DNA of 64,000 nucleotides from Macrostomum lignano. Its lineage: Eukaryota. The notes beneath the pieces are model-generated. The model was not told the origin of the DNA, did not search any database, and was given only the letters and a program-made list of their open reading frames with translations. Every line of letters begins with the position of its first letter. Positions within the stretch are counted from its first letter, which is position 1. Location: the NCBI GenBank assembly GCA_002269645.1, contig NIVC01000943.1, positions 1 to 64,000 of the forward strand, given 5' to 3'. Below are positions 39,201-53,320 of the stretch, one piece after another. The position numbers were made by a program, and so were the translations under genes.

Positions 39201-42200
39201 GTGGTGACAACCAATCAGAGAGCTGGTATGGTGGCATGTGGCAACCAATCAGACAGCTAATATGGTGGCAACCAATCAGAGAGCTGACATGGTGGCAACC
39301 AATCAGAGAGCTGGTATGGTGGCAACCAATCAGAGAGCTGATATGGTGGCAACCAATCAGAGAGCTGATATGGTGGCAACCAATCAGAGAGCTGATATGG
39401 TGGCAACCAATCAGAGAGCTGGTATGCTGGTAACCAATCAGAGAGCTAGTATGGTGACAACCAATCAGAGAGCTAGTATGGTGACAACCAATCAGAGAGC
39501 TCGTATGGTGGCAACCAATCAAAAGGCTGGTTTGGTGACAACCAATCAGAGAGCTAGTATGGTGGCAACCAATCAGAGAGCTAGTATGGTGGCAACCAAT
39601 CAGAGAGCTGGTATGGTGGCAACCAATCAGAGCTAGTATGGTGGCAACCAATCAGAGAGCTAGTATGGTGACAACCAATCAGAGAGCTCGTATGGTGGCA
39701 ACCAATCAAAAGGCTGGTTTGGTGACAACCAATCAGAGAGCTAGTATGGTGGCAACCAATCAGAGAGCTAGTATGGTGGCAACCAATCAGAGAGCTGGTA
39801 TGGTGGCAACCAATCAGAGAGCTAGTATGCTGGTAACCAATCAGACACAAGCAGTTATATTTGCAGAAGGGCTGTAGGCACCCTGGCGCAACGCCTTCGG
39901 CGAAAGCGTCCCACAAACAGCGCTAAGCAATTCTTTCCTTTCCCCTGACTCCTGAGAGCATACAAGTGCACGGATATTTTACAAATCTGTAACATCTGTG
40001 ACTACCTGTAATTTGTAGAGCACACCCGTTTTCGTTTAGCATTTACCTACTAGATCATATGTTGTGAATTATATTTTTAATTTCCATAAATTGGACCAAA
40101 CTAAAGATACTACTGACTTTGTTATTAATAAGTAGTAATCTGTACGCTTAACAGAAAAAAGCTTAAATAAATTTTGCAAATAATTTTTGTATCACATCTA
40201 ACCATTGACTAATGATATGCTCAGTGCCTACTGATGTGAGTAGTTTAAATGTGCATTGAGCTTAAACTAACTCTCATAAATGGCAGCGTGCGCAATTGCC
40301 AACAGACCATAAATCTTCTACATCGTTCAAGCAGCAAAACGTAATCATTAGTAATCGTAGGCAATCAAGGCCCATTCCCCTTGAGCCCGCACTCACTCGG
40401 GTGTATATGTACAGCGTCTACTGATAGTAGTCTCTGTGCCTTGATCACCGGGTTGGTCGTTGGTTGCTCTCGCGGGCGAGGACCGCCCAACAAGCTCCAG
40501 GCCAATAGTCAGCGGAACGGGCACTGGCTGAAGCCCCCCTGGGACTATCCAAAGCCCCTGGGACTGGCCGAAGCCCTCTGGGACTGACCGAAGCCCCCTG
40601 GGACTGGCCGAAGCCCCCTGGGACTGGCCGAAATCCCCTGCGACTAGCCGAAGCCCCCTGGGACTGGCCGAAGCCCCCTGGGACTGGCCGAAGCCCCCTT
40701 GGGACTGGCCGAAGCCCCCTGCGACTGGCCGAAGCCCCCTGGGACTGGCCGAAGCCCCCTGGGACTGGCCGAAGCCCCCTTGGGACTGGCCGAAGCCCCC
40801 TGGGACTGGCCGAAGCCCCCTGGGACTGGCCGAAGCCCCCTGGGACTGGCAAGCAGCACCACCGCCTTCAACTGATCCCCTCGCACCCCTCCTCCCTTCC
40901 GGCTAGCCAAAGACCAGAAGCAGGGCGACGTGGTGGTGAAGGCCCAGGTGCTGGCCGGAGGCCGCGGCAAAGGCTTCTGGAACAGCGGCCTGAAGGGCGG
41001 CGTGAAGATCGTCTTCAATCCCGAGGAGGCTCGCGACGTGTCCTCAAAGATGCTGGGCCACAAGATCTTCACCAAGCAGACTGGCGATGCCGGCCAGACC
41101 TGCTCCACCGTGATGGTGTGCGAGCGCAAGTACTCCAGACGGGAGTTCTACTTCGCCATCACCATGGACAGGAAGCACCGCGGCCCGGTGCTCATCGGCA
41201 GCTCGCAGGGCGGCGTCAACATCGAGCAGGTCGCCAAGGAGAATCCCGAGGCCATCATCGCTGTGCCGGTGGACATCGAGACCGGCATCACTGAGGAGGT
41301 CGCCACCGAGATGGCCAAGAAAATCGGCTTCACTGGCGACAAGCAGAGCAAGGAGGCCGGCCAGTACATCGTGAAGATGTACGACTTGTTCATCAAGTCC
41401 GACGCCACGCTTATTGAGATTAACCCCATTGCTGAGGACACCGAGGGCAGGGGTAAGTCAGCGGCTTGGGCCTTCTGAGTTCCCTTTTATAGGCATCTTC
41501 TGATCTACCTTCCTGATCTCACCTCACTAATCTCCCCTCCCCCGATCTCCCCTCCCAATCTCCCCTCTCCGATCTCTCCTCCCCAATCTCCCCTCTCCGA
41601 TCTCTCCTCCCCAATCTCCCCTCCCTGATCGCCCCTCCCTGATCTCCCCTCCTCAATCTCCCCTCTCCAATCCCCTCCCGATCTCCCCTCCCCAATCTCC
41701 CCTCGCTGATCTCCCCTCCCCAATCTCCCCTCGCTGATCTCCCCTCCCCAATCTCCCCTCGCTGATCTCCCCTCCCCAATCTCCCCTCGCTGATCTCCCC
41801 TCCCCAATCTCCCCTCGCTGATCTCCCCTCCCCAATCTCCCCTCGCTGATCTCCCCTCCCCAATCTCCCCTCGCTGATCTCCCCTCCCCAATCTCCCCTC
41901 TCCAATCCCCTCCCGATCTCCCCTCCCGATCTCCCCTCCCCATTCTCCCCTTTCCCATCTCTCCTCCCCATTCTCCCCTCCCCAATCTCCCCTCGCTGAT
42001 CTCCCCTCCCCAATCTCCCCTCGCTGATCTCTCCTCCCTGATCTTCCCTCCTTGGTTGCACTTCAACTCCCCTCACACCTGAGTTGCCGCCGCCCGCTGG
42101 CCCGCAGTTCTGTGCATGGACTGCAAGATGAACTTCGACGCCAATTCGGAGTTCCGCCAGCCGGAGATTTTCTCCCTGCGCGACTGGAGCCAGGAAGACG

Positions 42201-44182
42201 AGCGCGACGTCGCCGCCGAGAAGGCCGGCCTGAACTACATTGCCCTGGATGGCAACATCGGCTGCCTGGTGAACGGCGCGGGCCTGGCCATGGCCACCAT
42301 GGACATCATCAAGCTGCACGGCGGCTCCCCCGCCAACTTCCTGGACGTTGGCGGTGGCGCCACGGCCAATCAGGTGGGTAGCCTGGTGGATAGGGGTGGG
42401 AATTCAGGCAGGGTAGAAGGGAATTCAGGCAGGATAAGGGAAAATTCAGACAGGGTAGAAGGGAATTCAGGCATGGTATGCTAGAGGGGAATTCAGACAG
42501 GGCATGCTAGAGGGGAATTCAGACAGGGTAAATAATTTAGGTAGGGTAGAGGGAAATTCAGGCAGGTTAGAGGGGAATTCAGACAGGGTAAAGGGGAATT
42601 CAGACAGGGTAGAGGGGAATTCAGGCAGGTTAAAGGGGAATTCAGACAGGGTATATATAAAGAAAGCGCTGCCGTCACAGGTCACGGAGGCCTTCCGCAT
42701 CATCACAAGCGACCCGGCGGTGAACGCCATCCTGGTGAACATCTTTGGCGGCATCATGCGCTGCGACGTGATCGCCCAGGGCATCATCACGGCCGCCAAG
42801 GAGCTGAAGCTGCGCATGCCCATCGTGGTGCGGCTGCAGGGCACCCAGGTGGAGGACGCCAAGGCGCTGATCTCCTCCAGCGGCATGCGCATTCTCGCCT
42901 GCGACAACCTCGACGACGCCGCCCAGATGGTGAGCTGCCGAGTAGCGCATTGGGGGGATGCTCAAATATTTATCAATAAAATTACTCCAGAGGCTGTCGA
43001 TAATTGCAGCGCAATCCTTGGCATTGTTGCCGAGCGCCCAGTTCGATCCCCGCGTGTTGCCAGGGCCCGCTGTTTAATTATTTACCTAAGCCCAATCAAT
43101 ACCCGCCTCTCTTCTTTGCTCCGCCGCCGCCTCGCTACCCAACACTGGCGTTCGTTTCCAGACTCGCCTGCCTCTCCATCGCTCAGTTGGTTTGGCACTC
43201 CAAACTCTCTCTTGTCTTGCCGTGCTTCAAGGGAGCCGTGGGCCAGCAATCTGGAGCCAGACAGCAACTTCCCTCTCCAGTGTTACCAGATTCTGAGAAA
43301 TCAAATCATTTTGTGTATTTTGCACGAGAACGATTGCAGCAGTGCAGTCGCTATTTGTCAGTTTCTTTGGGGTGAAACAGCTGTTTATAGCGTATTGGCA
43401 TCTCAGAGTTGCTCAATCCAGATTCTGCCTCGATGTCTCCCCGGCTGCAGGCGGGAGCCCTGGAGGCCATGAATTATTTATTGATCCGGGCTCTGCCCTA
43501 CTCAGCTCAAGGCGCCGCAGGAAAATATCGAATACCTGCAGAAGTAGCTGGAGTGCGACTTTAGGCAAGCTTTAATTAACCTGGCCAGGTGGACTGGCAG
43601 TTTCTGGCTCCTTGGGCTGGTTAGGGCTGCTGCACTTTAAATCATATGAAAATGATCTTCCCGACTGCTTGGCTTCTGTTATTGTTACGATATCGCATAC
43701 TGGCGAATTCTTTACGTAGCATTAAGCCTTTAAAGGACAGTCATGTTACTCCTGCCGTTTACCAAAAGTTGTGGTAATTTTTGCTTTAGGGCTTCTTTCA
43801 CAGGTAAGTCGCATTTTTGGTCAAAAATTAAGTCGCGTGGCCAGTGTAAATCAGGGGGGGTTGCGCATGTATGGTCTCAACAGAGCGAACCTCGGGCGCT
43901 CACTCGGGGTGCAGGCATGCGGAGCTGCTCGACGATAATTCCGTCTGACTCTCGTGCCGCCACCCCCGGTTCCATTCGAGCCGGGTACATGTCAGAGCGT
44001 GTACATGTCTGATGGCGCTGTGCACCCCGTGTGCTCAAGGCGGGCCAGCGGAATGGGCAGTATCTCAGCTGACTAACTAATACAAACCCCCCCCCACCCC
44101 GCCGCAGGTGGTGAAGCTGGCCAACATCGTGGTGCTCGCCAAGGACGCCGCCGTGGACGTGAAATTTGAGCTGCCCATCTGA
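33276..44182 (+). CDS. SUCLA2: Succinyl-CoA ligase [ADP-forming] subunit beta, mitochondrial. Exons: 33276-33329, 38646-38817, 40907-41452, 42108-42373, 42681-42929, 44108-44182
   Basis: Transit peptide [18 protein letters not shown], then [63 protein letters not shown] and the C-terminus VDVKFELPI typical of the ADP-forming beta. All phases are consistent. The exon 2 acceptor could be 38646 or a nearby in-frame alternative. Confidence 0.95.
39201..39844. repeat. 27-bp intronic minisatellite GGTGGCAACCAATCAGAGAGCTAGTAT (~24 copies)
   Basis: Visible directly. Confidence 0.95.
40530..40850. repeat. 20-bp intronic minisatellite GGGACTGGCCGAAGCCCCCT
   Basis: Visible directly. Confidence 0.95.
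41500..42045. repeat. 28-bp C/T-rich intronic minisatellite GATCTCCCCTCCCCAATCTCCCCTCGCT
   Basis: Visible directly. Confidence 0.93.
42385..42650. repeat. 21-bp intronic minisatellite GGGGAATTCAGACAGGGTAGA
   Basis: Visible directly. Confidence 0.9.
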
Positions 44183-44529
44183 GTCGCCTGTGTGCGCAAT
44201 TGTGTCAGTTCACAATTGGAAATCAGAGCCTGTAAATTGGTGTGCTGGGCAGGCAGATCTGCATAGAAACTCTCCCTAGGACATCTTGACAATTCCTGTT
44301 TATTTATTTAGCCCATATTTTGTTAAATTAGTTGCAGTTTGTGTGCCTCCCAGAACCCCTGAAATCTGATACACGCAAAATTTTCTCCCTTCATCAGCAC
44401 GGCTCGCCGCTTAACTCGCTGCATAGATTTTTATTTCACCTGCTGCCGCCCTCGTGCTAATTAGAGCCGGCAATAATTAGCGGTCTCTTGGCGGCCTGGG
44501 CCTTGAGGGGACTTCCGGTTTCTCTTACG

Positions 44530-44910
44530 GATAGATTGACAGGTATTTAATTGATTGACAGGTGAGAAGCTAGGTACTAGATTGATTGACAGGTGAGAAG
44601 CTAGGTACTAGATTGATTGACAGGTGAGAAGCTAGGTACTAGATTGATTGGCAGGTGAGAAGCTAGGTACTAGATTGATTGGCAGGTGAGAAGTTAGGTA
44701 CTAGATTGATTGGCAGGTGAGAAGCTGGGTACTAGATTGATTGGCAGGTGAGAAGCTAGGTACTAGATTGATTGGCAGGTGAGAAGCTAGGTACTATATT
44801 GATTGACAGGTGTAAAGCTAGGTACTATATTGATTGACAGGTGAGAAGCTAGGTACTATATTGATTGACAGGTGTAAAGCTAGCTACTAGATTGATTGAT
44901 TAACAGGTGA
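44530..44910. repeat. 31-bp minisatellite GATTGATTGACAGGTGAGAAGCTAGGTACTA downstream of SUCLA2
   Basis: Visible directly. Confidence 0.93.
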
Positions 44911-45229
44911 GATATTAGAGTGTTTAGAAGGTGTACGGGAGTCCCCCCAAATGGCACGTAACGTCACGTGACCAGCAGTCGGCCAGTTTTCTGCCATTTC
45001 GTTTCCGTTATTTCTCTTCCCCTGCATCAGTTTTTTTTTCTGGCTCGACTCTTTCGGCAGGACGCGGGCCTGTAGAATATAACTAATGAATATAATATAA
45101 ATATAAATTATTTGATTAGCTGACACAGATTGCCGCCACTGTGCTTGGCTGGCGCTGAAACTCGCCATCTAAACACTGACAACTGGCTTTCGCTGCTGCG
45201 TTTGTCTCGTGTTCTTTCGCTGCTTTGTA

Positions 45230-45459
45230 GGGGGGGGGGGTTCACAAACTCGAAATTTCACAACGACGAAAGCAACTTCACAAGGTCGAACATTATGAGC
45301 TCGAAATTTCACAACGTAGAAAACTACTGCATGGTTCTTTTTATAATAACTTTTCGACGTTGTGAAATGTCGAGCTTATGAAGTTTCGACCTTGTGAAAG
45401 TGGCTGCTATTCAAGTTGTTTTCGATGTTGTGAATTTTCGACCTTGTGAAAACACCCCC
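45230..45459. mobile_element. Foldback/MITE-like element with ~100-bp inverted arms
   Basis: GGGG(G)TTCACAAACTCGAAATTTCACAAC... versus ...GTTGTGAATTTTCGACCTTGTGAAAACACCCCC, with internal TTCACAA..TCGAA subrepeats. No TSD identified. Confidence 0.65.
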
Positions 45460-45479
45460 TTTTTAGCTGGCTTTGTTGT

Positions 45480-45785
45480 ACTCGCCTTCATCTCTCCCCT
45501 CTCATCTCCTTTCTCTTCCTCTCCTCCCCTTTCTCTTCCTCTCCTCCCCTTTCTATTTCTCTTATCTCCCATCTATTCCCTCTCATCTCCTTTCTCTTCC
45601 TCATCTCCCTTCTCTTCCTCTCATCTCCCATCTCTCCCCTCTCATCTCCTTTATCTTCCTCTCCTCTCCCTTCTCTTCCTCTCCTCTCCCTTCTCTTCCT
45701 CTCCTCTCCCTTCTCTTCCTCTTATCTCCCATCTCTCCCCTCTCATTTTCTTTCTCTTCCTCATCTCATCTCTTCCCCTCCCTGG
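45480..45785. repeat. Polypyrimidine (CT-rich) low-complexity tract
   Basis: Visible directly. Confidence 0.85.
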
Positions 45786-46237
45786 TCCCCCTGAATCTCC
45801 CTGCGTATGCCGCGAAAAACAAGCGGGTTTTTCAGTTCTATTTGCCGTGTGCTCAGCCAAATGATGAAGCTGAGGGAGGGGCAGCATCCGGCCCGGCCGA
45901 GCTGCATGCCAATCAGGCAGACCAGGTGCGCTCAGCCTGTTTGAATTGGGCGTGGCCCCGCATTGATGAACTCTAAAGCCGGGTCTGAGTGGCCCTGCAA
46001 GTCTGTTTGCATTCCATTCCGAGTCTCCGGGCAGGAAATTCCAGTGTATTAGTACAGTATATGGCTGATAATCCTCTTGTTTGAGTGCGACTGACTCCGC
46101 AATGCACTGGTGCAGTGCAAATCTTAGTCGATATTTCTAATATGCAAAGTCATGCGCCTCATTTATATTAGACAATACTAAGCAAGCTTTTTACATGGTA
46201 TGTTTTGTGGTCACAAACTCTCATATGATTGTGTCGA

Positions 46238-46595
46238 CACCTTGATGAGATCGCTACCTTGATGATGTCGCCACCTTGAGGATGTCGCCACCTTGATGAT
46301 GTCGCCACATTGAGGATGTCGCCACCTTGATGATGTCGCCACCTTGATGATGTCGCCACCTTGATGATGTCGCCACATTGAGGATGTCGCCACCTTGATG
46401 ATGTCGCCACCTTGATGATGTCGCCACATTGAGGATGTCGCCACCTTGATGATGTCGCCACCTTGATGATGTCGCCACCTTGATAATGTCGCCACATTGA
46501 GGATGTCGCCACCTTGAGGATTTCGTCATCAGCTTGATGATGTCGCCACCTTGATAATGTCGCCACATTGAGGATGTCGCCACCTTGATGATGTC
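46238..46595. repeat. 18-bp minisatellite CCTTGATGATGTCGCCAC
   Basis: Visible directly. Confidence 0.93.
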
Positions 46596-46614
46596 GATCT
46601 CAGACCCGGTTTGG

Positions 46615-46743
46615 TCACCACCAGGACCTGAAAACGTCGCCCATGGCCAGGATGATGAAGATGGTGATGGCCATGGCCAGGCAGGTGATTATCGCGATGA
46701 AGATTTGAAACTTGGTCTCGCAGCAGCACTTGATCCAGGCCAT
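46615..46743 (-). CDS. 42-aa single-pass membrane ORF MAWIKCCCETKFQIFIAIITCLAMAITIFIILAMGDVFRSWW (not in the ORF track)
   Basis: Strongly GC3-biased codons like the real exons nearby, a ~21-aa hydrophobic span and a juxtamembrane CCC. Confidence 0.55.
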   Translation of the reverse strand: MAWIKCCCETKFQIFIAIITCLAMAITIFIILAMGDVFRSWW

Positions 46744-46804
46744 GATGCAGCCAGCAGCCTCAGTGAGTCACAGGAGGCGCATTCTCTCTGCTCACCAGGC
46801 GCTC

Positions 46805-48235
46805 TTAGATAATGCTGGACGGAATGAAGTTCCAGCCAAGTTTGTGAAGGCGGCTTCGGAAGCAATCCATGCAGCCTGAGCTAATGCCGGACCGAGCTCG
46901 CGCTATTGGCCCGACGTCGCAGCCAATCAGGAAGCGGCTACTGCTCGAATAGCTGCTGCTATTATTTTGATTTTTTATTAGAGTTTCAAGAAAGTGTTTT
47001 AAAAATTTTTAATTTAATTCGATTCCAGTCTTGCAAAGCAGGGTTTATTTGTTTCGAATTAAACTGTTATTTAAGTCACAAAAATCGATGAGAGTTACGA
47101 GTAGTTTGGAGCTGCCATCAGCATCAAGTAATTGCATCAGTCAAGGATGGAATTTGGCGCACCAGACCCGACCAGCGCACTGCTTGTTGCTGTGTGAGGG
47201 GATGCAGTAGTCCCTGCAGTTCCTGCAGTGCTTAGACAGCACCCTGCCGGTGTACACCGTCCGCTTCAGCTGGCCGTCGATGCCGCGGTGCATGATGTTT
47301 CGGTGGAACCGGCAGACCCGGCAGACCTCGCAGCTGGCCTGGCAGAAGGAGAATCTCGAATAGCGGCGGCAGGAGACGGGCAAGCAGTTGCGCTCCTCCT
47401 CGCACTTCTGGCTGGAAGGATTTCGGCCCCTTGAAATTGCGAGCTTGACCCACCGGAGTGCTTGACCCGTGGGAGTGCTTGACCCACGGGAGTGCTTTAC
47501 CCACAGGAGTGCTTTACCCACGGGAGTGCTTTACCCACGGGAGTGCTTGACCCACGGGAGTGCTTGACCCACGGGAGTGCTTGACCCACGGGAGTGCTTT
47601 ACCCACAGGAGTGCTTTACCCACGGGAGTGCTTTACCCACGGGAGTGCTTGACCCACGGAGTGCTTGACCCACGGAGTGCTTGACCCACGGGAGTGCTTG
47701 ACCCTCCGGAGTGCTTGACCCACGGGATGACCCACGGGAGTGCTTGACCCACGGAGTGCTTGACCCTCCGGAGTGCTTGACCCACGGGATGACCCACGGG
47801 AGTGCTTGACTCTCCCGTGCTTGACCCATGGGTGCTTTACCCACGGGAATGCTTGACCCATGGGTGCTTTACCCACGGGAATGCTTGACCCACTGGATTG
47901 CTTGACCCACACGGGATTGCTTGACCCACACGGGATTGCTTGACCCACTGTTTACCTATGAAGCTGCGTATCACATCTACTGGGGCCTATCAGCATACAG
48001 GTGGCCCCCAACTCAGCCCGCACTCACCTGGGTCCCGACCCGCCTTTCAGTGCCGAACCTGCAAAGAAAAAGCAGTCGGGCAGTCACGCTAGTCTGCAAC
48101 AATCCCCGTCAAGCCTCAATTTCCTAGAATTTCCCGCAATTTGAAGCGGCTCTCACTGAGATCGAAGCCGGAGCTGCTGGCGACAGCGCAGGCCAGGAGG
48201 GCCACCACTATCAGCTGGAGGACTGCAGCGCGCAT
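46805..48235 (-). CDS. Secreted cysteine-rich protein with an ShK-like segment. Exons (-): 48235-48157, 48058-48028, 47979-47956, 47411(or 47429)-47173, 46875-46805
   Basis: Signal peptide MRAAVLQLIVVALLACAVASSS. Phases are consistent (1,2,2,1). The mature part has CEEERNCLPVSCRRYSRFSFCQASCEVC and CRNCRDYC...CAGCMDC. The last donor (GTCGGG) is weak. Confidence 0.6.
47443..47948. repeat. 17-bp intronic minisatellite GGGAGTGCTTGACCCAC
   Basis: Visible directly. Confidence 0.93.
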
Positions 48236-48627
48236 TTTGCTGAGTTGACTTTTTGTAGCGAAGCTTTCTAGGAGCAGAAGGAGAACGTTTCCCTCCCGCA
48301 GCAGCAGCGGCCTGTATTTATGCCCCTGAGGGCTCGGGGTTTACCCGCCACCCTGCCAAGCGTGTGGGCAGCTCACAACAATGCGACAGCCGTACTCGCC
48401 ACTGCCACCCCTGGCCGCCCTCAACAGCACCGAGTCCCGGAGGTGACGATCAAAGCCCCACGCCCTCTGGCTGCCAGAATGACGCAGCGCATGTTTTGCG
48501 GGTTCACTTGAGCAACGAGAAGTGAGGGTCGAATCGATGCCCCCGTGAGACAAGGACTCCTAAACAAAGTGGGTGGACTGGGGAGAGCTGACCTTTTAAA
48601 ATTTTTCAAAATGGATTAAATATTGCA

Positions 48628-49990
48628 TGGTGTCAGTGTCAGGGACTCGGGTGTCAGGGACCTGAGTGTCACTAGTTTGGGTGTCATTAGCTTGGGTGTC
48701 AGTAGCTTGAGTGTCAGAAGCTTGGGTGTCAGAAGCTTGGGTGTCAGTAGCTTGGGTGTCAGTAACTTGGGTGTCAGAAGCTTGGGTGTCAGTAACTTGG
48801 GTGTCAGAAGCTTGGGTGTCAGAAGCTTGGGTGTCAGTAGCTTGGGTGTCAGAAGCTTGTGTGTCAGAAGCTTGTGTGTCAGTAGCTTGGGTGTCAGAAG
48901 CTTGGGTGTCAGAAGCTTGGGTGTCAGTAGCTTGGGTGTCAGAAGCTTGGGTGTCAGAAGCTTGGGTGTCAGAAGCTTGGGTGTCAGAAGTTTGGGTGTC
49001 AGAAGCTTGGGTGTCAGAAGCTTGGGTGTCAGAAGATTAAGTGTCATTAATTTGGGTGTCAGTAACTTGGGTGTCAGAAGCTTGGGTGTCAGAAGCTTGG
49101 GTGTCAGTAGCTTGGTGTCAGAAGCTTGGGTGTCAGTAGCTTGGGTGTCAGAAGCTTGGGTGTCGGAAGATTAAGTGTCATTAATTTGGGTGTCAGTAAC
49201 CTGGGTGTCAGTAACCTGGGTGTCAGAAGCTTGGGTGTCAGTAGCTTGGTGTCAGTAACTTGGGTGTCAGAAGCTTGGGTGTCAGAAGCATGGGTGTCAG
49301 TAGCTTGGGTGTCAGAAGCTTGGGTGTCAGTAACTTGGGTGTCAGAAGCTTAAGTGTCATTCATTTGGGTGTCAGTAGCTTGGGTGTAAGAAGCTTGGGT
49401 GTCAGAAGCTTGGGTGTCAGTAGCTTAGTGTCAGTAACTTGGGTGTCAGAAGCTTGGGTGTCAGAAGCATGGGTGTCAGTAGCTTGGGTGTCAGAAGCTT
49501 GGGTGTCAGTAGCTTGGGTGTCAGTAGCTTGGGTGTCATTAATTTGGGTGTCAGAAGCTTGGGTGTCAGTAGCTTGGGTGTCAGAAGTTGGTTGTCAGAA
49601 CCTTGGGTGTCAGTAGCTTGGGTGTCAGTAACTTGGGTGTCAGAAGCTTGGGTGTCAGAAGCTTGGGCGCCAGAAGCTTGGGTGTCATTAGTTTCGGTGT
49701 CAGTAGCTTGGGTGTCAGAGGCTTGGCTGTCAGAAGCTTGGGTGTCAGAAGCTTGGGTGTCAGTAACTTGGGTGTCAGAGGCTTGGCTGTCAGAAGCTTG
49801 GGTGTCAGAAGCTTGGGTGTCAGTAACTTGGGTGTCAGAAGCTTGGGTGTCAGTAGCTTGGGTGTCAGTAACTTGGGTGTCAGAAGCTTGGGTGTCAGAA
49901 GCTTGGGTGCCAGAAGCTTGGGTGTCATTAGTTTGGGTGTCAGTAGCTTGGGTGTCAGAGGCTTGGCTGTCAGAAGCTTGGGTGTCAGTT
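48628..49990. repeat. 15-bp minisatellite GTGTCAGAAGCTTGG
   Basis: Visible directly. Confidence 0.96.
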
Positions 49991-50454
49991 GATTTGGTGT
50001 CACGGACACGCTTTTCCAACTGGTTACTCGCACTTGGCCAGTCCAGCTGCGACCTCTAAGAGGTCCCTGCGCACAGCGGGCTAAGAGTCTCCAACTCTGA
50101 GGCAAGCGAGCAGGTGGCGCTGGCCAGCATGAGTCACGTGTTTTGTTTGCCCTTCGCTTGGCCGGCCTCACCACAGCAGGCTTTTACGAAGGCTTATTTT
50201 GGCAATTCTCTCACGACTGCCAAGTTTGACCTCAGCGCCACACACGTGGCGAAGTGGTTTCATAAGTTTTTTTACAACTGGAATCCGGAAAGTTTGCTGG
50301 TCTTCATAGTGTACTCGCAGTTTTATTAGCAATAATAATGAGAACGCATGAACAAATTGTCTCCAAACAAAACGACGGATTTATTACTTCGTTTTAAGTT
50401 AACGAAAATTTGCATTTCGAAATTCTAATGTGGCGCATTTGCATCATGCGCCAG

Positions 50455-50804
50455 TCTGACTGTCTAATATTCTGCCTGTCTACTTTCTGCCAGTCTACCA
50501 ATATTCTGCCTGTCTACTAATATTCTGCCAGTCTATCCACCAATATTCCGCCAGTCTATCCACCAATATTCTGCCAGTCTATCCACCAATATTCTGCCTG
50601 TCTACTAATATTCTGCCAGTCTATCCACCAATATTCTGCCAGTCTATTCACCAATATTCTGCCAGTCTATCTACCAATATTCTGCCAGTCTATCCACCAA
50701 TATTCTGCCAGTCTATCCACCAATATTCTGCCAGTCTATCTACCAATATTCTGCCAATCTATCTACCAATATTCTGCCAGTCTATCCACCAATATTCTGC
50801 CAGT

Positions 50805-50808
<4 letters not shown>
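50455..50808. repeat. 23-bp minisatellite CTATCCACCAATATTCTGCCAGT beginning at the GPCR stop codon
   Basis: Visible directly. Confidence 0.93.

Positions 50809-53320
<2,512 letters not shown>

Noticed and set aside
40907-42929. Bacterial sucC or contamination/HGT, suggested by high GC
   Set aside because: The gene has spliceosomal introns, a mitochondrial transit peptide and a metazoan SUCLA2-type C-terminus.
42504-43472. 322-aa ORF
   Set aside because: It fuses an intronic repeat, SUCLA2 exon 5 (42681-42929) and intron read-through.
46796-47163. Alternative splicing of the Cys-rich gene via the GTGCGC donor at 47162
   Set aside because: It gives a frame with poor GC3 and loses the CxxCxxC continuation. 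It is kept only as a lower-probability alternative.
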